A stretch of 64,000 bases of DNA from an uncultured Kofleriaceae bacterium (GTDB lineage Bacteria > Myxococcota_A > Polyangia > Haliangiales > Haliangiaceae), in assembly GCA_964419605.1 (NCBI GenBank), contig CAYQQM010000001.1, positions 51,620 to 115,619 of the forward strand, given 5' to 3'. A model generated the notes under the pieces. It worked only from the letters and a program-made list of their open reading frames with translations. It did no database searches and was not told where the DNA came from. Positions 54,643 through 64,000 of this stretch are shown piece after piece; within the stretch, counting starts at the first letter, position 1, and every line of letters starts with the position of its first letter. A program made the translations under genes and the position numbers.

Positions 54643-56418
54643 ATGAAGGACTCGGGCGCATTCGCAGTTCTGCAGAAAGTTGGAAAGTCGCTGATGCTGC
54701 CGGTGTCGGTGCTGCCGGTCGCTGGGATCTTATTGGGGGTAGGAGCGGCGAAGTTCGGATGGATGCCCTCGGTGGTTTCGAGCTTGATGGAACAAGCCGG
54801 CGGTGCAGTGTTCTCGAGCATGCCGATCATCTTTGCGATCGCCGTCGCCGTGGCGTTCGCCGACAACGATGGTGTAGCCGCCCTAGCGGCGGTGGTCGGA
54901 TATTTCGTCTTCCTCGCAACGATGGGAGCGGTCGCTCACGCCCAAGGGGTGGAGACCAGCGACATCATGGGGTTCAAGTCGATCAATACATCCGTGTTTG
55001 GCGGCGTTGTCATCGGCGCGATCGCGGCAAATCTGTTCAAGCGCTACTACACTCTGAAATTGCCTCCGTACCTCGGTTTTTTTGCCGGCAAGCGATCCGT
55101 TCCCATCATCACAGCATTTGCGGCCATTGTCGTAGCATTAGTGTTTAGTGTCGTGTGGCCACCGATTGGCCGGGGCATTCAACACTTCTCGGAATGGGCT
55201 TCCCACGGAAATCCCAAATTTGCGTTCTCGTTGTACGGTGTTGTAGAGCGGGCGCTGATTCCTTTTGGGCTACACCACATCTGGAACGTTCCGTTCCAAC
55301 AACTCGTGGGATCGTTCACCACCGACAACGGCGTGATCCACGGCGAAATCCACCGGTACATGGCTGGAGATCCCACGGCGGGAAATCTTGCTGGCGGCTA
55401 CCTGTTCAAAATGTGGGGGCTTCCCGCTGCTGCCATCGCAATTTGGCACACCGCCCGCCCCGAGCAAAAAGCGAAGGTGGGCGGCATCATGTTATCCGGC
55501 GCGTTGACGTCGTTCGTAACGGGAATCACCGAGCCGATTGAGTTTTCGTTCTTGTTCGTGGCTCCGGTCCTGTATGGCCTGCACGCCTTGCTCGCAGGCG
55601 CAGCGTTCTACATTTGCATCGCGCTAGGTATTAAACACGGAACGTCGTTTTCCCATGGTCTCATCGACTACGTCGTCCTGTTTTCCAAGTCGCATAACGC
55701 CCTTTGGCTACTGGTCCTCGGCCCGCTTTGGGGCGCCATGTACTACGGAGTGTTCCGGACGTGCATCGTTCGATTCAATTTGGCGACCCCGGGTCGCGAA
55801 CTAGATCCACAAGTAGATGCCCTGCCCGGGACGAGCGCGACCGCCGACACGGCAAGCATGCCCGCAAAACTTGTGGGGGCATTTGGTGGATCTGCCAACA
55901 TCAAGTCCTTGGACGCATGCATCACTCGATTGCGGGTCGAGCTCTACGATGTGCAAAAGGCCAACCGATCAAGGCTGATGGAACTCGGTGCAGCAGGGAC
56001 GATGGTGATCGGCAGCGGAATGCAGGCGATCTTCGGGCCGCAGTCCGAGAACCTCAAAACCGAGATGGAGGCTTACATCCGCGGTGGAGGTACAGGCGCA
56101 ATTGCGACGACATCCACAGCTGCTGGTAGCAGCAATTCCGCGCCGCCAACCGTTGCTGCGCCAAGTAGCGCCCAGCCGCAAATCGACATCCATGGCCTGG
56201 TATCCGCTCTGGGCGGGGCAAACAACATTGAAGAACTTACGTCGTGCGCAACAACCCGACTCCGCGTAGTCGTTGCCAGACGGGATTCCGTCGACATCGC
56301 CCAGCTTCACAAGGTCGGCGTAACGGCCGTGGTCCCCATCAAGGACACGTTGCTCCACCTGATCGTAGGTTGGCAGGCAGAAGGCGTGGCAACGCAGCTA
56401 AAAGCCAGCTTGTCATAG
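54643..56418 (+). CDS. PTS EIIC-EIIB-EIIB permease (N-acetylglucosamine/glucose family)
   Basis: EIIC: [31 protein letters not shown]. There are two EIIB modules, with ACITRLR and [11 protein letters not shown] 54643 is preferred because TGAGG lies 5 nt upstream. Confidence 0.9.
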   Translation: MKDSGAFAVLQKVGKSLMLPVSVLPVAGILLGVGAAKFGWMPSVVSSLMEQAGGAVFSSMPIIFAIAVAVAFADNDGVAALAAVVGYFVFLATMGAVAHAQGVETSDIMGFKSINTSVFGGVVIGAIAANLFKRYYTLKLPPYLGFFAGKRSVPIITAFAAIVVALVFSVVWPPIGRGIQHFSEWASHGNPKFAFSLYGVVERALIPFGLHHIWNVPFQQLVGSFTTDNGVIHGEIHRYMAGDPTAGNLAGGYLFKMWGLPAAAIAIWHTARPEQKAKVGGIMLSGALTSFVTGITEPIEFSFLFVAPVLYGLHALLAGAAFYICIALGIKHGTSFSHGLIDYVVLFSKSHNALWLLVLGPLWGAMYYGVFRTCIVRFNLATPGRELDPQVDALPGTSATADTASMPAKLVGAFGGSANIKSLDACITRLRVELYDVQKANRSRLMELGAAGTMVIGSGMQAIFGPQSENLKTEMEAYIRGGGTGAIATTSTAAGSSNSAPPTVAAPSSAQPQIDIHGLVSALGGANNIEELTSCATTRLRVVVARRDSVDIAQLHKVGVTAVVPIKDTLLHLIVGWQAEGVATQLKASLS

Positions 56419-56512
56419 CTACTCTTCAAGGAAAGGCTAACGCTGCCCTGACGGAGCGGGTTGTGGAGAGCGGAAATAGAGCCGATTCTTACGAATAACC
56501 GCAGCGAACCCA

Positions 56513-57883
56513 TCAAACTTTTTCGTCGAGCGGCGTCGGCGCGATACCGTGTTTCGGGTCGAGCTCATGTAAGCACTCACCCAAAATCCGAAGTCCCACC
56601 TGCAGCTCCGCCGCGGAAATTACCAAAGGTGGAGCAAACCGAATCGTCGACTTGCCGCACGATAACAGCAGCAGCCCTTTGCGGAAGGCAAGCTGTTCGA
56701 GGTCACCCACGTAGGCGCCAGCGGGTTCGCGGCCGGCCGGGGTCACGAATTCCGCACCGATCATCAAGCCGAGCCCCCGAATGTCGCCAATGACGGGGTG
56801 GGCGCGCTGCAACGCGATGACTCCGTCCTGCAGTTTTTTCCCTACCGTGCGGACGTGAGGCAGCATCCCCTCAACGATCTCCAAGGTCGCCAGCGCCGCG
56901 GCGCACGCCACGGGATTGCCGCCAAAGGTACTTCCGTGGCTACCGCGCGGCCACGTCATCACCGATTCCTTCGCGATAATCGCTCCGATCGGCATTCCCG
57001 AAGCAAGACCCTTAGCGCTGAGTACGATGTCTGGGGCGACGCCAAACGTCTCCGCCGCAAACATTTCGCCTGTCCGACCGATGCCCGACTGAATCTCATC
57101 GAACACCAACAGGATTCCGTGGGAATCGCAAATCCTTCGCAGGTCTTGCAAGAACGACTTCGGCGGCACGACATAACCACCCTCCCCCAGCACCGGCTCG
57201 ACAAAAATCGCCGCCACTTCGCGCGGATCGACGTGGTTGAGAAACCAGTCGGATTCCAACACCTCGGCGCAACCACACTTCGCCATGCACGAAGCCGCCG
57301 CCTGGCCGCGGGGACAGCGGTACGGATAGGCGTACGGAACGTGCAGAACGCCGGGCACCAGCGGACCAAAGAAGGCGCGCTGTCCGACTTTTGACGAGTT
57401 GAGCGAAATCGCGCCGTACGTGCGACCGTGGAACCCACCCTTGAATGCGATCACGTTCTGGCGACGCGTGTGAAAACGGACGAGCTTAAGCGCACCATCA
57501 ACCGCTTCGGTGCCGGAATTCGTCAGAAATACTTTCTTCGGCCCCATCGCGGGCAGATACGACGCGAGCCGCTCACACAGCGTCGCAAATGACTCGTAGT
57601 AGAAGTCGGTGCCGCAGATATGGAGAAACCGCTCGCTGGCGCGCTGGATGGACTCCACAACCTTCGGATGCGCGTGACCGGTTGAATTCACCGCGATCCC
57701 AGCCATAAAATCGAGGTAGCGATTCCCATCGACGTCGTAGATCCATACGCCCTCGCCTCGGTCGACGACGAGCGGATATTCTTTGATGTACGAAGGTGAG
57801 CTGTGTTTGCGATCCCGTTCGATGACTGCGCGCGCTTTGGGGCCCGGCGGCTCAACCACAATGTTTGGCTCTAGACTGCCCAT
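56513..57883 (-). CDS. Class-III aminotransferase (4-aminobutyrate / acetylornithine aminotransferase family)
   Basis: GIAVNSTGHAHPKVV, TNSGTEAVDGALK, GGFHGRT, LVFDEIQSGIGRTG, LSAKGLASGMP. Confidence 0.9.
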   Translation of the reverse strand: MGSLEPNIVVEPPGPKARAVIERDRKHSSPSYIKEYPLVVDRGEGVWIYDVDGNRYLDFMAGIAVNSTGHAHPKVVESIQRASERFLHICGTDFYYESFATLCERLASYLPAMGPKKVFLTNSGTEAVDGALKLVRFHTRRQNVIAFKGGFHGRTYGAISLNSSKVGQRAFFGPLVPGVLHVPYAYPYRCPRGQAAASCMAKCGCAEVLESDWFLNHVDPREVAAIFVEPVLGEGGYVVPPKSFLQDLRRICDSHGILLVFDEIQSGIGRTGEMFAAETFGVAPDIVLSAKGLASGMPIGAIIAKESVMTWPRGSHGSTFGGNPVACAAALATLEIVEGMLPHVRTVGKKLQDGVIALQRAHPVIGDIRGLGLMIGAEFVTPAGREPAGAYVGDLEQLAFRKGLLLLSCGKSTIRFAPPLVISAAELQVGLRILGECLHELDPKHGIAPTPLDEKV

Positions 57884-57894
57884 ATTATGCTCCG

Positions 57895-59454
57895 CTACTG
57901 CATCCTAGTTTGCGACTGTTCCCGCATGAATTGGGCGACATAATACGGACCGCAACCGCCCTTCCCCGTCGAGCCACTTCCCTTCCAACCGCAGAACGAC
58001 TGCACGCCGGGCCAAGCGCCGGTGGTCGCTCCGGTCCGTCGATTGGCGTACAACACGCCCGCTTCTACATGGTCCATGAAGTACTCGACATCTTCTGGCC
58101 GCTCGCTGAATACGCCACCGGTCAGGCCGTACGGCAATGCGTTTACCCGAGCGACCGCATCGCGAAGCTCGTCGAACGTTTCCACCGTGAGGAACGGCAA
58201 AAATAACTCATCTTGCGTGAGGCGGTGATCTTGCGGCAGCTCGGCAACGGTGGGCAGCACATAGTATCCTGCCGCCAGGTCGATGCGATTGCACGGGCGG
58301 TCAGCGCCTACGTGGATTACTCCGGCGTGTCGAGCTTCCTGGGCAGCATGGACGTACCGCTGCACGGCATCGGCATTGATGACGGGGCCAACAAACACGT
58401 CGCGTTCGGTCGGATCGCCGATCTTCAGCGCGGCGGTTCGCTGCCGAATTCGATCGAGTAACGGCTCCTTGACATTCAGGTCCACGAACAGGCGCGACAA
58501 CGCACTGCATTTTTGTCCCGAAAGCCCAAACGCCGAGCGAACACAGCCTTCTGCAGCCGCATCGAGATCGGCATGGCGACATACCACGGCCGCGTTTTTT
58601 CCACCGAGCTCGAGAAGCGCCGGCTTGATGTATTCGCGAGCGAGCGCTCGGTGAATCTCGAGGCCCACAGCGCGGCTCCCAGTAAACGCGACCCCGTCGA
58701 TGCCACCGTGCTGCACCAAGCTGCGGCCGACGACCTCGCCGGTTCCATGCAGAACTTGAAATACGCCGCCTGGAACGCCGGCATCGCGCAAAGCGAAATA
58801 CAAGATCTCCGCAGACATCGGCGTCTCCTCGCTCGGCTTTAGGATGACTGCGTTACCTCCGAGAAGTGCCGCTGAGCTCATCCCGGCAGGAAGTGCGAGC
58901 GGAAAATTGAACGGAGAAATCACTGCAAACACGCCAAACGGCTTTAAGACGTCGCGGGTATTCTCGTTCGACGACAGCCGCCCGAGCGGCCTGGCATATC
59001 CATCCGCCTCTTCGAGCTGAGCTGCGTAATAGCGCAATAGGTCCGCTGCTTCTTCGACGTCGCCCAGCGATTCCAGCCGATTCTTCCCGGTCTCTAGCAT
59101 CATGATCGACGCCGCCTCCAATCGCCGTTCGGAGATCCGCTCAGCCGCATCGCGGATGATCGCCACGCGTTCTTGCCACGGGCGCCGACCCCAATCTCGC
59201 TGTGCCGTGCGCGCCGCATCCACCGCCGCTTCGACCATGTGGTGGTCGGCCGCATGGATGCGCCCGAGGAGCTGTTGCGTGTTGGCCGGGTTTCGATTGT
59301 CGAACACCGTCGGAGTTCGGATCGGATTGCCATTCACCCAACACGGATGCTCACTTCCAAGGTTGCTGCGAACCCGAGCGAGCGCGCCATCGAGTTCGCG
59401 ATGGAGCGCCTCCAAATCGGCATCCAGCACCGAATACGTGATGCGAAAGCTCAC
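57895..59454 (-). CDS. L-glutamate gamma-semialdehyde (delta-1-pyrroline-5-carboxylate) dehydrogenase-type aldehyde dehydrogenase
   Basis: ALDH motifs: SPFNFPLA, LELGGKNA, GQKCSA. The N-terminus FRITYSVLDAD..L is typical of the P5CDH type. Start set to the GTG at 59454, preceded by GGGAGG 6 nt upstream; an ATG at 59481 is also possible. The track start at 59682 would overlap rpmG. Confidence 0.85.
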   Translation of the reverse strand: MSFRITYSVLDADLEALHRELDGALARVRSNLGSEHPCWVNGNPIRTPTVFDNRNPANTQQLLGRIHAADHHMVEAAVDAARTAQRDWGRRPWQERVAIIRDAAERISERRLEAASIMMLETGKNRLESLGDVEEAADLLRYYAAQLEEADGYARPLGRLSSNENTRDVLKPFGVFAVISPFNFPLALPAGMSSAALLGGNAVILKPSEETPMSAEILYFALRDAGVPGGVFQVLHGTGEVVGRSLVQHGGIDGVAFTGSRAVGLEIHRALAREYIKPALLELGGKNAAVVCRHADLDAAAEGCVRSAFGLSGQKCSALSRLFVDLNVKEPLLDRIRQRTAALKIGDPTERDVFVGPVINADAVQRYVHAAQEARHAGVIHVGADRPCNRIDLAAGYYVLPTVAELPQDHRLTQDELFLPFLTVETFDELRDAVARVNALPYGLTGGVFSERPEDVEYFMDHVEAGVLYANRRTGATTGAWPGVQSFCGWKGSGSTGKGGCGPYYVAQFMREQSQTRMQ

Positions 59455-59633
59455 AGCCAACCTCCCAACCTTGGATAACATGTCGGGGCCCAACGCGACA
59501 TATTCCACCCGTTCAGGAGGTTCCACCCCGATCGGGGCTGCGAGGAGGGGGGGGGCGAACCGCAGCCCCGCTCGATGGCACTTGCCAGCCCCGCCACGGT
59601 ATGCGATAAGGCCCTCCCTACGGGTACCGACAC

Positions 59634-59807
59634 ATGGCGAAAAAAGGCAAATCTGGTCGCGAGCTAATCCGGCTCGTATCAACCGCCGACACTGGTTTTT
59701 TTTACACCACGTCGAAGAATCGCAAGCGCACTCCGGACAAGCTGGTGCTGAAAAAGTACGACCCGGTCGTCCGGAAGCATGTCGAATTTAAGGAATCGAA
59801 GATCTAA
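59634..59807 (+). CDS. rpmG: 50S ribosomal protein L33
   Basis: 57 aa, below the ORF-track cutoff. My translation: [57 protein letters not shown]. Confidence 0.9.
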   Translation: MAKKGKSGRELIRLVSTADTGFFYTTSKNRKRTPDKLVLKKYDPVVRKHVEFKESKI

Positions 59808-59822
59808 TACGGAAGGCCCGTT

Positions 59823-60059
59823 ATGTCGCGCGTTTGCCAAGTCACCGGAAAGTCGCCGCTCGTCGGCTCCAATATCAGTCACTCGAATCGCCATACCAAG
59901 CGCCGATTTGAGGTCAACCTGCGCAACAAGCGGTTTTGGCTTGAAGACGAAAAGCGCTGGATTACGTTGCGGATTTCGGCGCGAGGCATGCGGATAATCG
60001 ACCGCCTCGGACTCGATAAAGTCGTTGCGCAGCTTCGCGCGCGCGGCGAAAAAATCTAA
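59823..60059 (+). CDS. rpmB: 50S ribosomal protein L28
   Basis: [63 protein letters not shown]. Confidence 0.95.
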   Translation: MSRVCQVTGKSPLVGSNISHSNRHTKRRFEVNLRNKRFWLEDEKRWITLRISARGMRIIDRLGLDKVVAQLRARGEKI

Positions 60060-60146
60060 AAAATCCTAAAAAAAATCAGATCGACCGCTCCAATTCCATG
60101 CTGTCGCGCACGGCAACCTCAGCGCGGCGATAACGAGCTAACAACG

Positions 60147-61487
60147 GTGGCGTGTGCCTCCAACAGAAATCGATCGCTTGCAGCGGCGCTTGGTAGCTCG
60201 CTGATAGCGGCAGGCTGTGGTGGCCCACATGTCGTTGCATCCCCCACAGCGATTGAGTTCGACCTGCCCGGCGCTAGCTTGCGAAGCGTGGCGGGCGACG
60301 GCACACGAGTCGCTGTAACGTGGTCTACGCGCACACAGACATGGCTCGAAGTGCGCGACCGTTCGCAACCAGGGCTTTCAGAACCGCAGCGTGGCCGCAT
60401 CTCATGGTCGTCCCAACTTCAAGGAGTCGCGGGGCCCATGCAGCTCACGCCAACATCCGTCGTTGTTGCGCTTTCGGTCCAGGAATCGCCGCCGGCGCCA
60501 GCAGCTGAGCCTGCGGTGCGAGGCCAACCCGGTGCCGCACTCGTTTCCATCGACGCGCTCAATGGCTCGCCCACTTGGCGAGTCCACTTTGACGCGACGG
60601 AGTGGGCGATCATCGCATCGCTCGCCGTCGATGGATCAGATTTTGTCGTCGGGGGAAGCTTTGCCGGAACGCTTCGCGCGGGAGACTCCGCCGTCACCAG
60701 CGGGGGGGAATCCGATGGCTTTGTCGCAAAAATTCGCTCCGATGGAGCACTCGTTTGGCTGCGCCGCCTCGGTGGATATGAGTTTGATTCAGTTGCGGGT
60801 GTTGCGATCCACAGCGGCCGCATCGCGATCGCTGGCGCGGCGGGCGCCGACGCCGAACTAGGAGGCGCGCCCATTGCTCCCAGAGCCAGCGCCGCTCGGA
60901 AAGGGATGGGATTTCTCGCCCTGCTAAATCCGGCCGGCGACGTTATCTGGGCGAAGGACTTCGACGATGGAGACGCCGTCGCTGGCATCGCAATCGATAG
61001 CAAATTCCGCATTGCTATCGCCACGACGATCGCCGAGCCGAATCACCCAGGGTCGCGCACAGTCGCCAAGCGCGGCGCGACCATCGGCCTGGTGCGTTTT
61101 GTTTCTCCGAGTGGCCACCTCGAGTCGAACTCAGAGATCCGGAGCAGTGCCTCCGTAAGCGTGCGCTCGATCGTTGCGGTTGGTGAGCGCATGATCGTCG
61201 GCGGTGTGTTCTCCGGAACCCTGCGAATCGGTCGGGCTGCGTTCGTCGCCAACGAGAGCGGCGACGCATTTCTGGCCAGCATGAATGCAATGGGAGAAAT
61301 CGAAGCTCCGTGGCATGTGGCGGGCGCGGGGCACGAAGAAATCGTATCGCTTGCGAGTGTTCCCGGGGGATTTCTTGCCGGCGTGTCATACACTCGCGGT
61401 CTCGCTCTCAATGCCGAACGCTCCTCGCCGCACGATGAGGGCCGGGGCGGATCCGCGATGGTAGTTGGCCCCAGCGCGGCAAAGTGA
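60147..61487 (+). CDS. Lipoprotein, beta-propeller-like, function unknown
   Basis: GTG start. Lipobox LIAAGC. Recurrent motifs include DGSDFVVGGSFAGTL, GESDGFVAK and GERMIVGGVFSGTL. Confidence 0.6.
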   Translation: MACASNRNRSLAAALGSSLIAAGCGGPHVVASPTAIEFDLPGASLRSVAGDGTRVAVTWSTRTQTWLEVRDRSQPGLSEPQRGRISWSSQLQGVAGPMQLTPTSVVVALSVQESPPAPAAEPAVRGQPGAALVSIDALNGSPTWRVHFDATEWAIIASLAVDGSDFVVGGSFAGTLRAGDSAVTSGGESDGFVAKIRSDGALVWLRRLGGYEFDSVAGVAIHSGRIAIAGAAGADAELGGAPIAPRASAARKGMGFLALLNPAGDVIWAKDFDDGDAVAGIAIDSKFRIAIATTIAEPNHPGSRTVAKRGATIGLVRFVSPSGHLESNSEIRSSASVSVRSIVAVGERMIVGGVFSGTLRIGRAAFVANESGDAFLASMNAMGEIEAPWHVAGAGHEEIVSLASVPGGFLAGVSYTRGLALNAERSSPHDEGRGGSAMVVGPSAAK

Positions 61488-61605
61488 CGAGCTCGCTACT
61501 GGTACCTCATGTCAATGGTTTTGATCGGTTCGGCCGATCCATCCCTCGCCGACGTGAGCACCGGAGCGCAACGGCAACGAAGCGAGCGGAGCCCGCAGCC
61601 GTTTT

Positions 61606-63732
61606 TCACCGGAAGACGCTTCGGTCGGCACGCACTCCGCTCGCTTCAAGCTCTGAATAAAACCGCGGTACCGTTCCAGTCGCAATAAATCCATTTTCGC
61701 GGCAGCTGAACAGCGTTTGCGTATCGAAGTTTGCTTCAGAAACGCTCAGCATCTCTTCGATCGATTGGATCTTCATCGCACCGTCACCCCGCCTCACGAC
61801 ATGAATGGCGATATCAAACGCGGAGCCCACGAGTTCGCGGTACGCCAAATCATTTCCGCCAGCAGCCGTAGCCCGAACGAGCACAGCAAGTCGGTTGAGC
61901 GCTGCATTCACGCCGTCCCCTGCCACAGAAACCACAGCGCCATCTGCGTATGCGCTCAGGGTATGCACGAGCACGGTCGCCTCGCGACCGCGCACATCGC
62001 CGACCACCAAGCGATCAGGCGACAAGCGCAACGCGGTTTCCAGCAGCGTGGCCATGTCGATATCGCGCGACCCAGATGCGCCTATTCGGGATTCGAGTTG
62101 GATCCACTCATCGCGAGCAATCGCGAGCTCGGCGACGTCTTCCACGGAAACCAAGCGCTCGCCCGCCGGTGCTGCAGCAGCAAGTGCCGCCACAACCACC
62201 GCCCTACCGGATCCAGGGCCGCCGCATACGAGGATGTTGCGACGAGCTACGATGCAGGTCGCCAAAAACGCGGCCATGCCAGATGACAACACGCCAGACT
62301 GCACAAGCTCTGCAAGCGCCGGGGACGCCTGTGCTGGCTTCTTAAGGACTAGGCACGGCCCCCTGGCGGCCACCGGAGGCAGCGCCGCGGTCAGACGGGT
62401 GCCGTCTCGCATCCGTACATCGACGATCGGAGAGTTGCTATCGATCGAGGTACCCGCTTCGTTGACCAGCCGTTTGACCACCCGTTCGAGGACATCGTCC
62501 GATGAAAATGCCTTGCCAGAGCCTCGCAGAACTCCGCCCGCGCCGATCACCATGCGATCGCGCCGGTCGATCAAAATTTCATCGACCGTCTCATCGGCGA
62601 GCAGATCTTCCAATGGCCCCAAGCCAAGCGCCTCGTTGAGAGAATCCTTAATGAGCGCGTCCTGGTCGATGTACTTTGGTAGTTCTCCCGCTCCTTCGAG
62701 CCCTTCGACGAGATCGATCGTGAGGCGCTCGGCTTTTTGCCACAGCTCTTCTTCGCCCAGCTTCGCCAGTGGAACGCTATCCAGAACCAGCTTGGCGTTC
62801 AGAGACTCGAGGATTCGCGCTTGAAGGTCGAGCTGTTTCACCACCTTGGGATCCAGCGGATCGAGATGAACGCTGCGCTTAATGGCGGCCGAAACCGACC
62901 GCGCCGCGAGTTTCATCGTGCCCGCAGTCGCCGCGGGAGCCAGCCGCCCAGCCGGCTTGTCCGCGCCCCGGAGGAAGTCCCCTTGGGGGGCGCCCCGGGG
63001 AAAGTCCCCCTGGGGGACACGGTCATGGCGATCTGCGCGTTCCGGCATTTGCACGATGGGGGCTAAAGCCGGCGACTCCGCCGGCGGGCTCGTCGCACCC
63101 GGAGGAGGCGGCGGAACAGGGGCCAGCGGCGGCACACCGGCGGGCGCTGGCGGGCCACCTATCGTTCGACCCGGCGCCGCCGGAGCTACCGATGGACGCG
63201 CCGCAGACGGGGCCATGGGCGCGGCCGACGCCAGATCGCGAGTTCGCGGCCCGGCGTTGTCTCGACTGACATTTCCGGGCGCCGGACGCGGTGGAACCGG
63301 CCGCGGGGCGGGTGCTATGATCGGTGAGAGCGAGGTTTCCCCACCCGGCTCCCCAGCGCGTAGCGCATCGGAATCGAGCTGTCCCATGACATGGGGAGTT
63401 GGAGGAGAGGTGGTGATTTCAGAGGGTCCTTCGCCATCGCCGCTGGCCTCATCGACACCGACAATGAAATCTCCAATGTAGATCTTGTCGGAGTTCTTGA
63501 CGACAAGCGGACTGGTGATTTTTCGGCCGTTCACATAGGTGCCGTTTGTACTCTTCAAGTCGACGATAATGAACTTGGAGTCTTTCAGCACCACACGCGC
63601 ATGGCGTTTCGACACGTTGCCCTTTGCAAGCACAACGTCGTTGCCCTGGACACGTCCAATGGTGACTTCCGTTTTGTTGAACACCATGCGGCGCTGCTCG
63701 CCGCCCTTCTCCTGGATAAGTATGGTGAACAT
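61606..63732 (-). CDS. FHA-domain protein fused to a CpaF/TadA-like (T2SS-E family) ATPase domain with degenerate catalytic motifs
   Basis: FHA: IGRVQGNDVVLAKGNVSKRHARV...STNGTYVNGRKI. A Pro-rich linker of about 180 aa follows. The C-terminal domain is collinear with CpaF, but Walker A reads GGPGSGRA. Confidence 0.85.
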   Translation of the reverse strand: MFTILIQEKGGEQRRMVFNKTEVTIGRVQGNDVVLAKGNVSKRHARVVLKDSKFIIVDLKSTNGTYVNGRKITSPLVVKNSDKIYIGDFIVGVDEASGDGEGPSEITTSPPTPHVMGQLDSDALRAGEPGGETSLSPIIAPAPRPVPPRPAPGNVSRDNAGPRTRDLASAAPMAPSAARPSVAPAAPGRTIGGPPAPAGVPPLAPVPPPPPGATSPPAESPALAPIVQMPERADRHDRVPQGDFPRGAPQGDFLRGADKPAGRLAPAATAGTMKLAARSVSAAIKRSVHLDPLDPKVVKQLDLQARILESLNAKLVLDSVPLAKLGEEELWQKAERLTIDLVEGLEGAGELPKYIDQDALIKDSLNEALGLGPLEDLLADETVDEILIDRRDRMVIGAGGVLRGSGKAFSSDDVLERVVKRLVNEAGTSIDSNSPIVDVRMRDGTRLTAALPPVAARGPCLVLKKPAQASPALAELVQSGVLSSGMAAFLATCIVARRNILVCGGPGSGRAVVVAALAAAAPAGERLVSVEDVAELAIARDEWIQLESRIGASGSRDIDMATLLETALRLSPDRLVVGDVRGREATVLVHTLSAYADGAVVSVAGDGVNAALNRLAVLVRATAAGGNDLAYRELVGSAFDIAIHVVRRGDGAMKIQSIEEMLSVSEANFDTQTLFSCRENGFIATGTVPRFYSELEASGVRADRSVFR

Positions 63733-63856
63733 TGGCTCCTAACGACTTCGCTCCCAAGGGTACTGGGGCTTGGCAATCACGGTCAAGGTCGGGCGGTCCG
63801 TACAATAGCCGATCGAATTTCCGCCGATCGCCTCGTAGCAGTCTACTATCTTGGCG

Positions 63857-64000
63857 ATGTACAAACGGATCGTTTTCGCTGCCTTGATCGGGCTCAGTCG
63901 GATAGCCGGCGCAGCTCCAGCCAACCACACCTATCACTTCGAACTCAGCGCTGTGACCACCAAGTCCGGTGTGGATCCAGAGTTCGCTGCCATCGCCCAG
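63857..64000 (+). CDS. Start of a secreted protein (partial; runs off the window)
   Basis: ATG at 63857. MYKRIVFAALIGLSRIAGAAPANHTYHFELS... is signal-peptide-like. Only 48 codons are visible. Confidence 0.35.
   Translation, partial: MYKRIVFAALIGLSRIAGAAPANHTYHFELSAVTTKSGVDPEFAAIAQ

Noticed and set aside
59455-59682. Upstream extension of the P5C-dehydrogenase ORF
   Set aside because: The extension would overlap the L33 gene on the opposite strand and lacks ALDH-like sequence. A GTG with a GGGAGG Shine-Dalgarno sequence at 59454 fits typical N-termini. A G9 run at 59547-59555 lies in this non-coding stretch, and I attach no function to it.
61523-61539. Hairpin GATCGG-TTCGG-CCGATC between convergent genes, considered as a terminator
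   Set aside because: The stem is only 6 bp and there is no following T-run on either strand. This is too weak to annotate.
61805-62824. 339-aa plus-strand ORF (and the 5913..6707, 8456..9202, 49010..49903 and 26974..27615 type ORFs)
   Set aside because: These are long antisense or out-of-frame ORFs inside genes with clear domain signatures. They are low-complexity and Ala/Arg/Ser/Pro-rich, as expected by chance at this GC content.

Overview
High-GC bacterial chromosomal segment. The gene content looks like a myxobacterium-type deltaproteobacterium: a eukaryote-like Ser/Thr kinase with a PEGA-like tail, FHA-domain proteins, Cys-rich beta-helix and FG-GAP lipoproteins, and an outer-membrane barrel ending in Phe. 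This taxonomic guess is inference only. I support about 55 coding regions. I recognised no rRNA, tRNA, CRISPR array, transposase or integrase.

Layout:
- 1-2.8 kb: FAD oxidoreductase and a phosphorylase-like protein.
- 2.9 kb: infA.
- 3.2-7.9 kb: a coupled operon of a Kelch-like lipoprotein, a barrel-like protein and a 13-heme cytochrome.
- 8-12.2 kb: a Ser/Thr kinase and a composite outer-membrane protein.
- 12.2-33 kb: a visibly more A/T-rich accessory stretch. It carries toxin-antitoxin-like cassettes (AbiEii, a zeta-like relic, HigBA-like), secreted beta-helix and FG-GAP lipoproteins, four large polytopic membrane proteins, and a tightly coupled sugar-modification operon (GT2, FAD oxidoreductase, Rossmann protein, TIM barrel, GT2) followed by a Tat-signal TIM-barrel protein and a flippase-like protein.
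- 33.1-37.4 kb: the best candidate for a new system. A 74-aa Cys/Pro-repeat peptide is translationally coupled to a radical SAM (SPASM/twitch-type) enzyme, a PqqD-like protein, an HPr-kinase-like P-loop protein and an NTP_transf_5 nucleotidyltransferase. The string is interrupted by an 847-bp insertion bounded by 31-bp direct repeats, which carries a DUF2442 / truncated DUF4160 cassette.
- 37.5-40.4 kb: an uncharacterised pair, a 280-aa protein plus a 662-aa P-loop NTPase.
- 40.5 kb: a Uma2 nuclease.
- 41.1-50.2 kb: a six-gene amino-acid/CoA catabolic operon headed by a roughly 1600-aa four-domain fusion.
- 50.2-64 kb: an FHA-GAF-PP2C phosphatase, a GlcNAc-type PTS, a GabT-like and P5C-dehydrogenase pair, rpmG-rpmB, a lipoprotein, and an FHA-CpaF-like protein with degenerate ATPase motifs.

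All functional calls come from motif and family recognition by eye. No searches were run.
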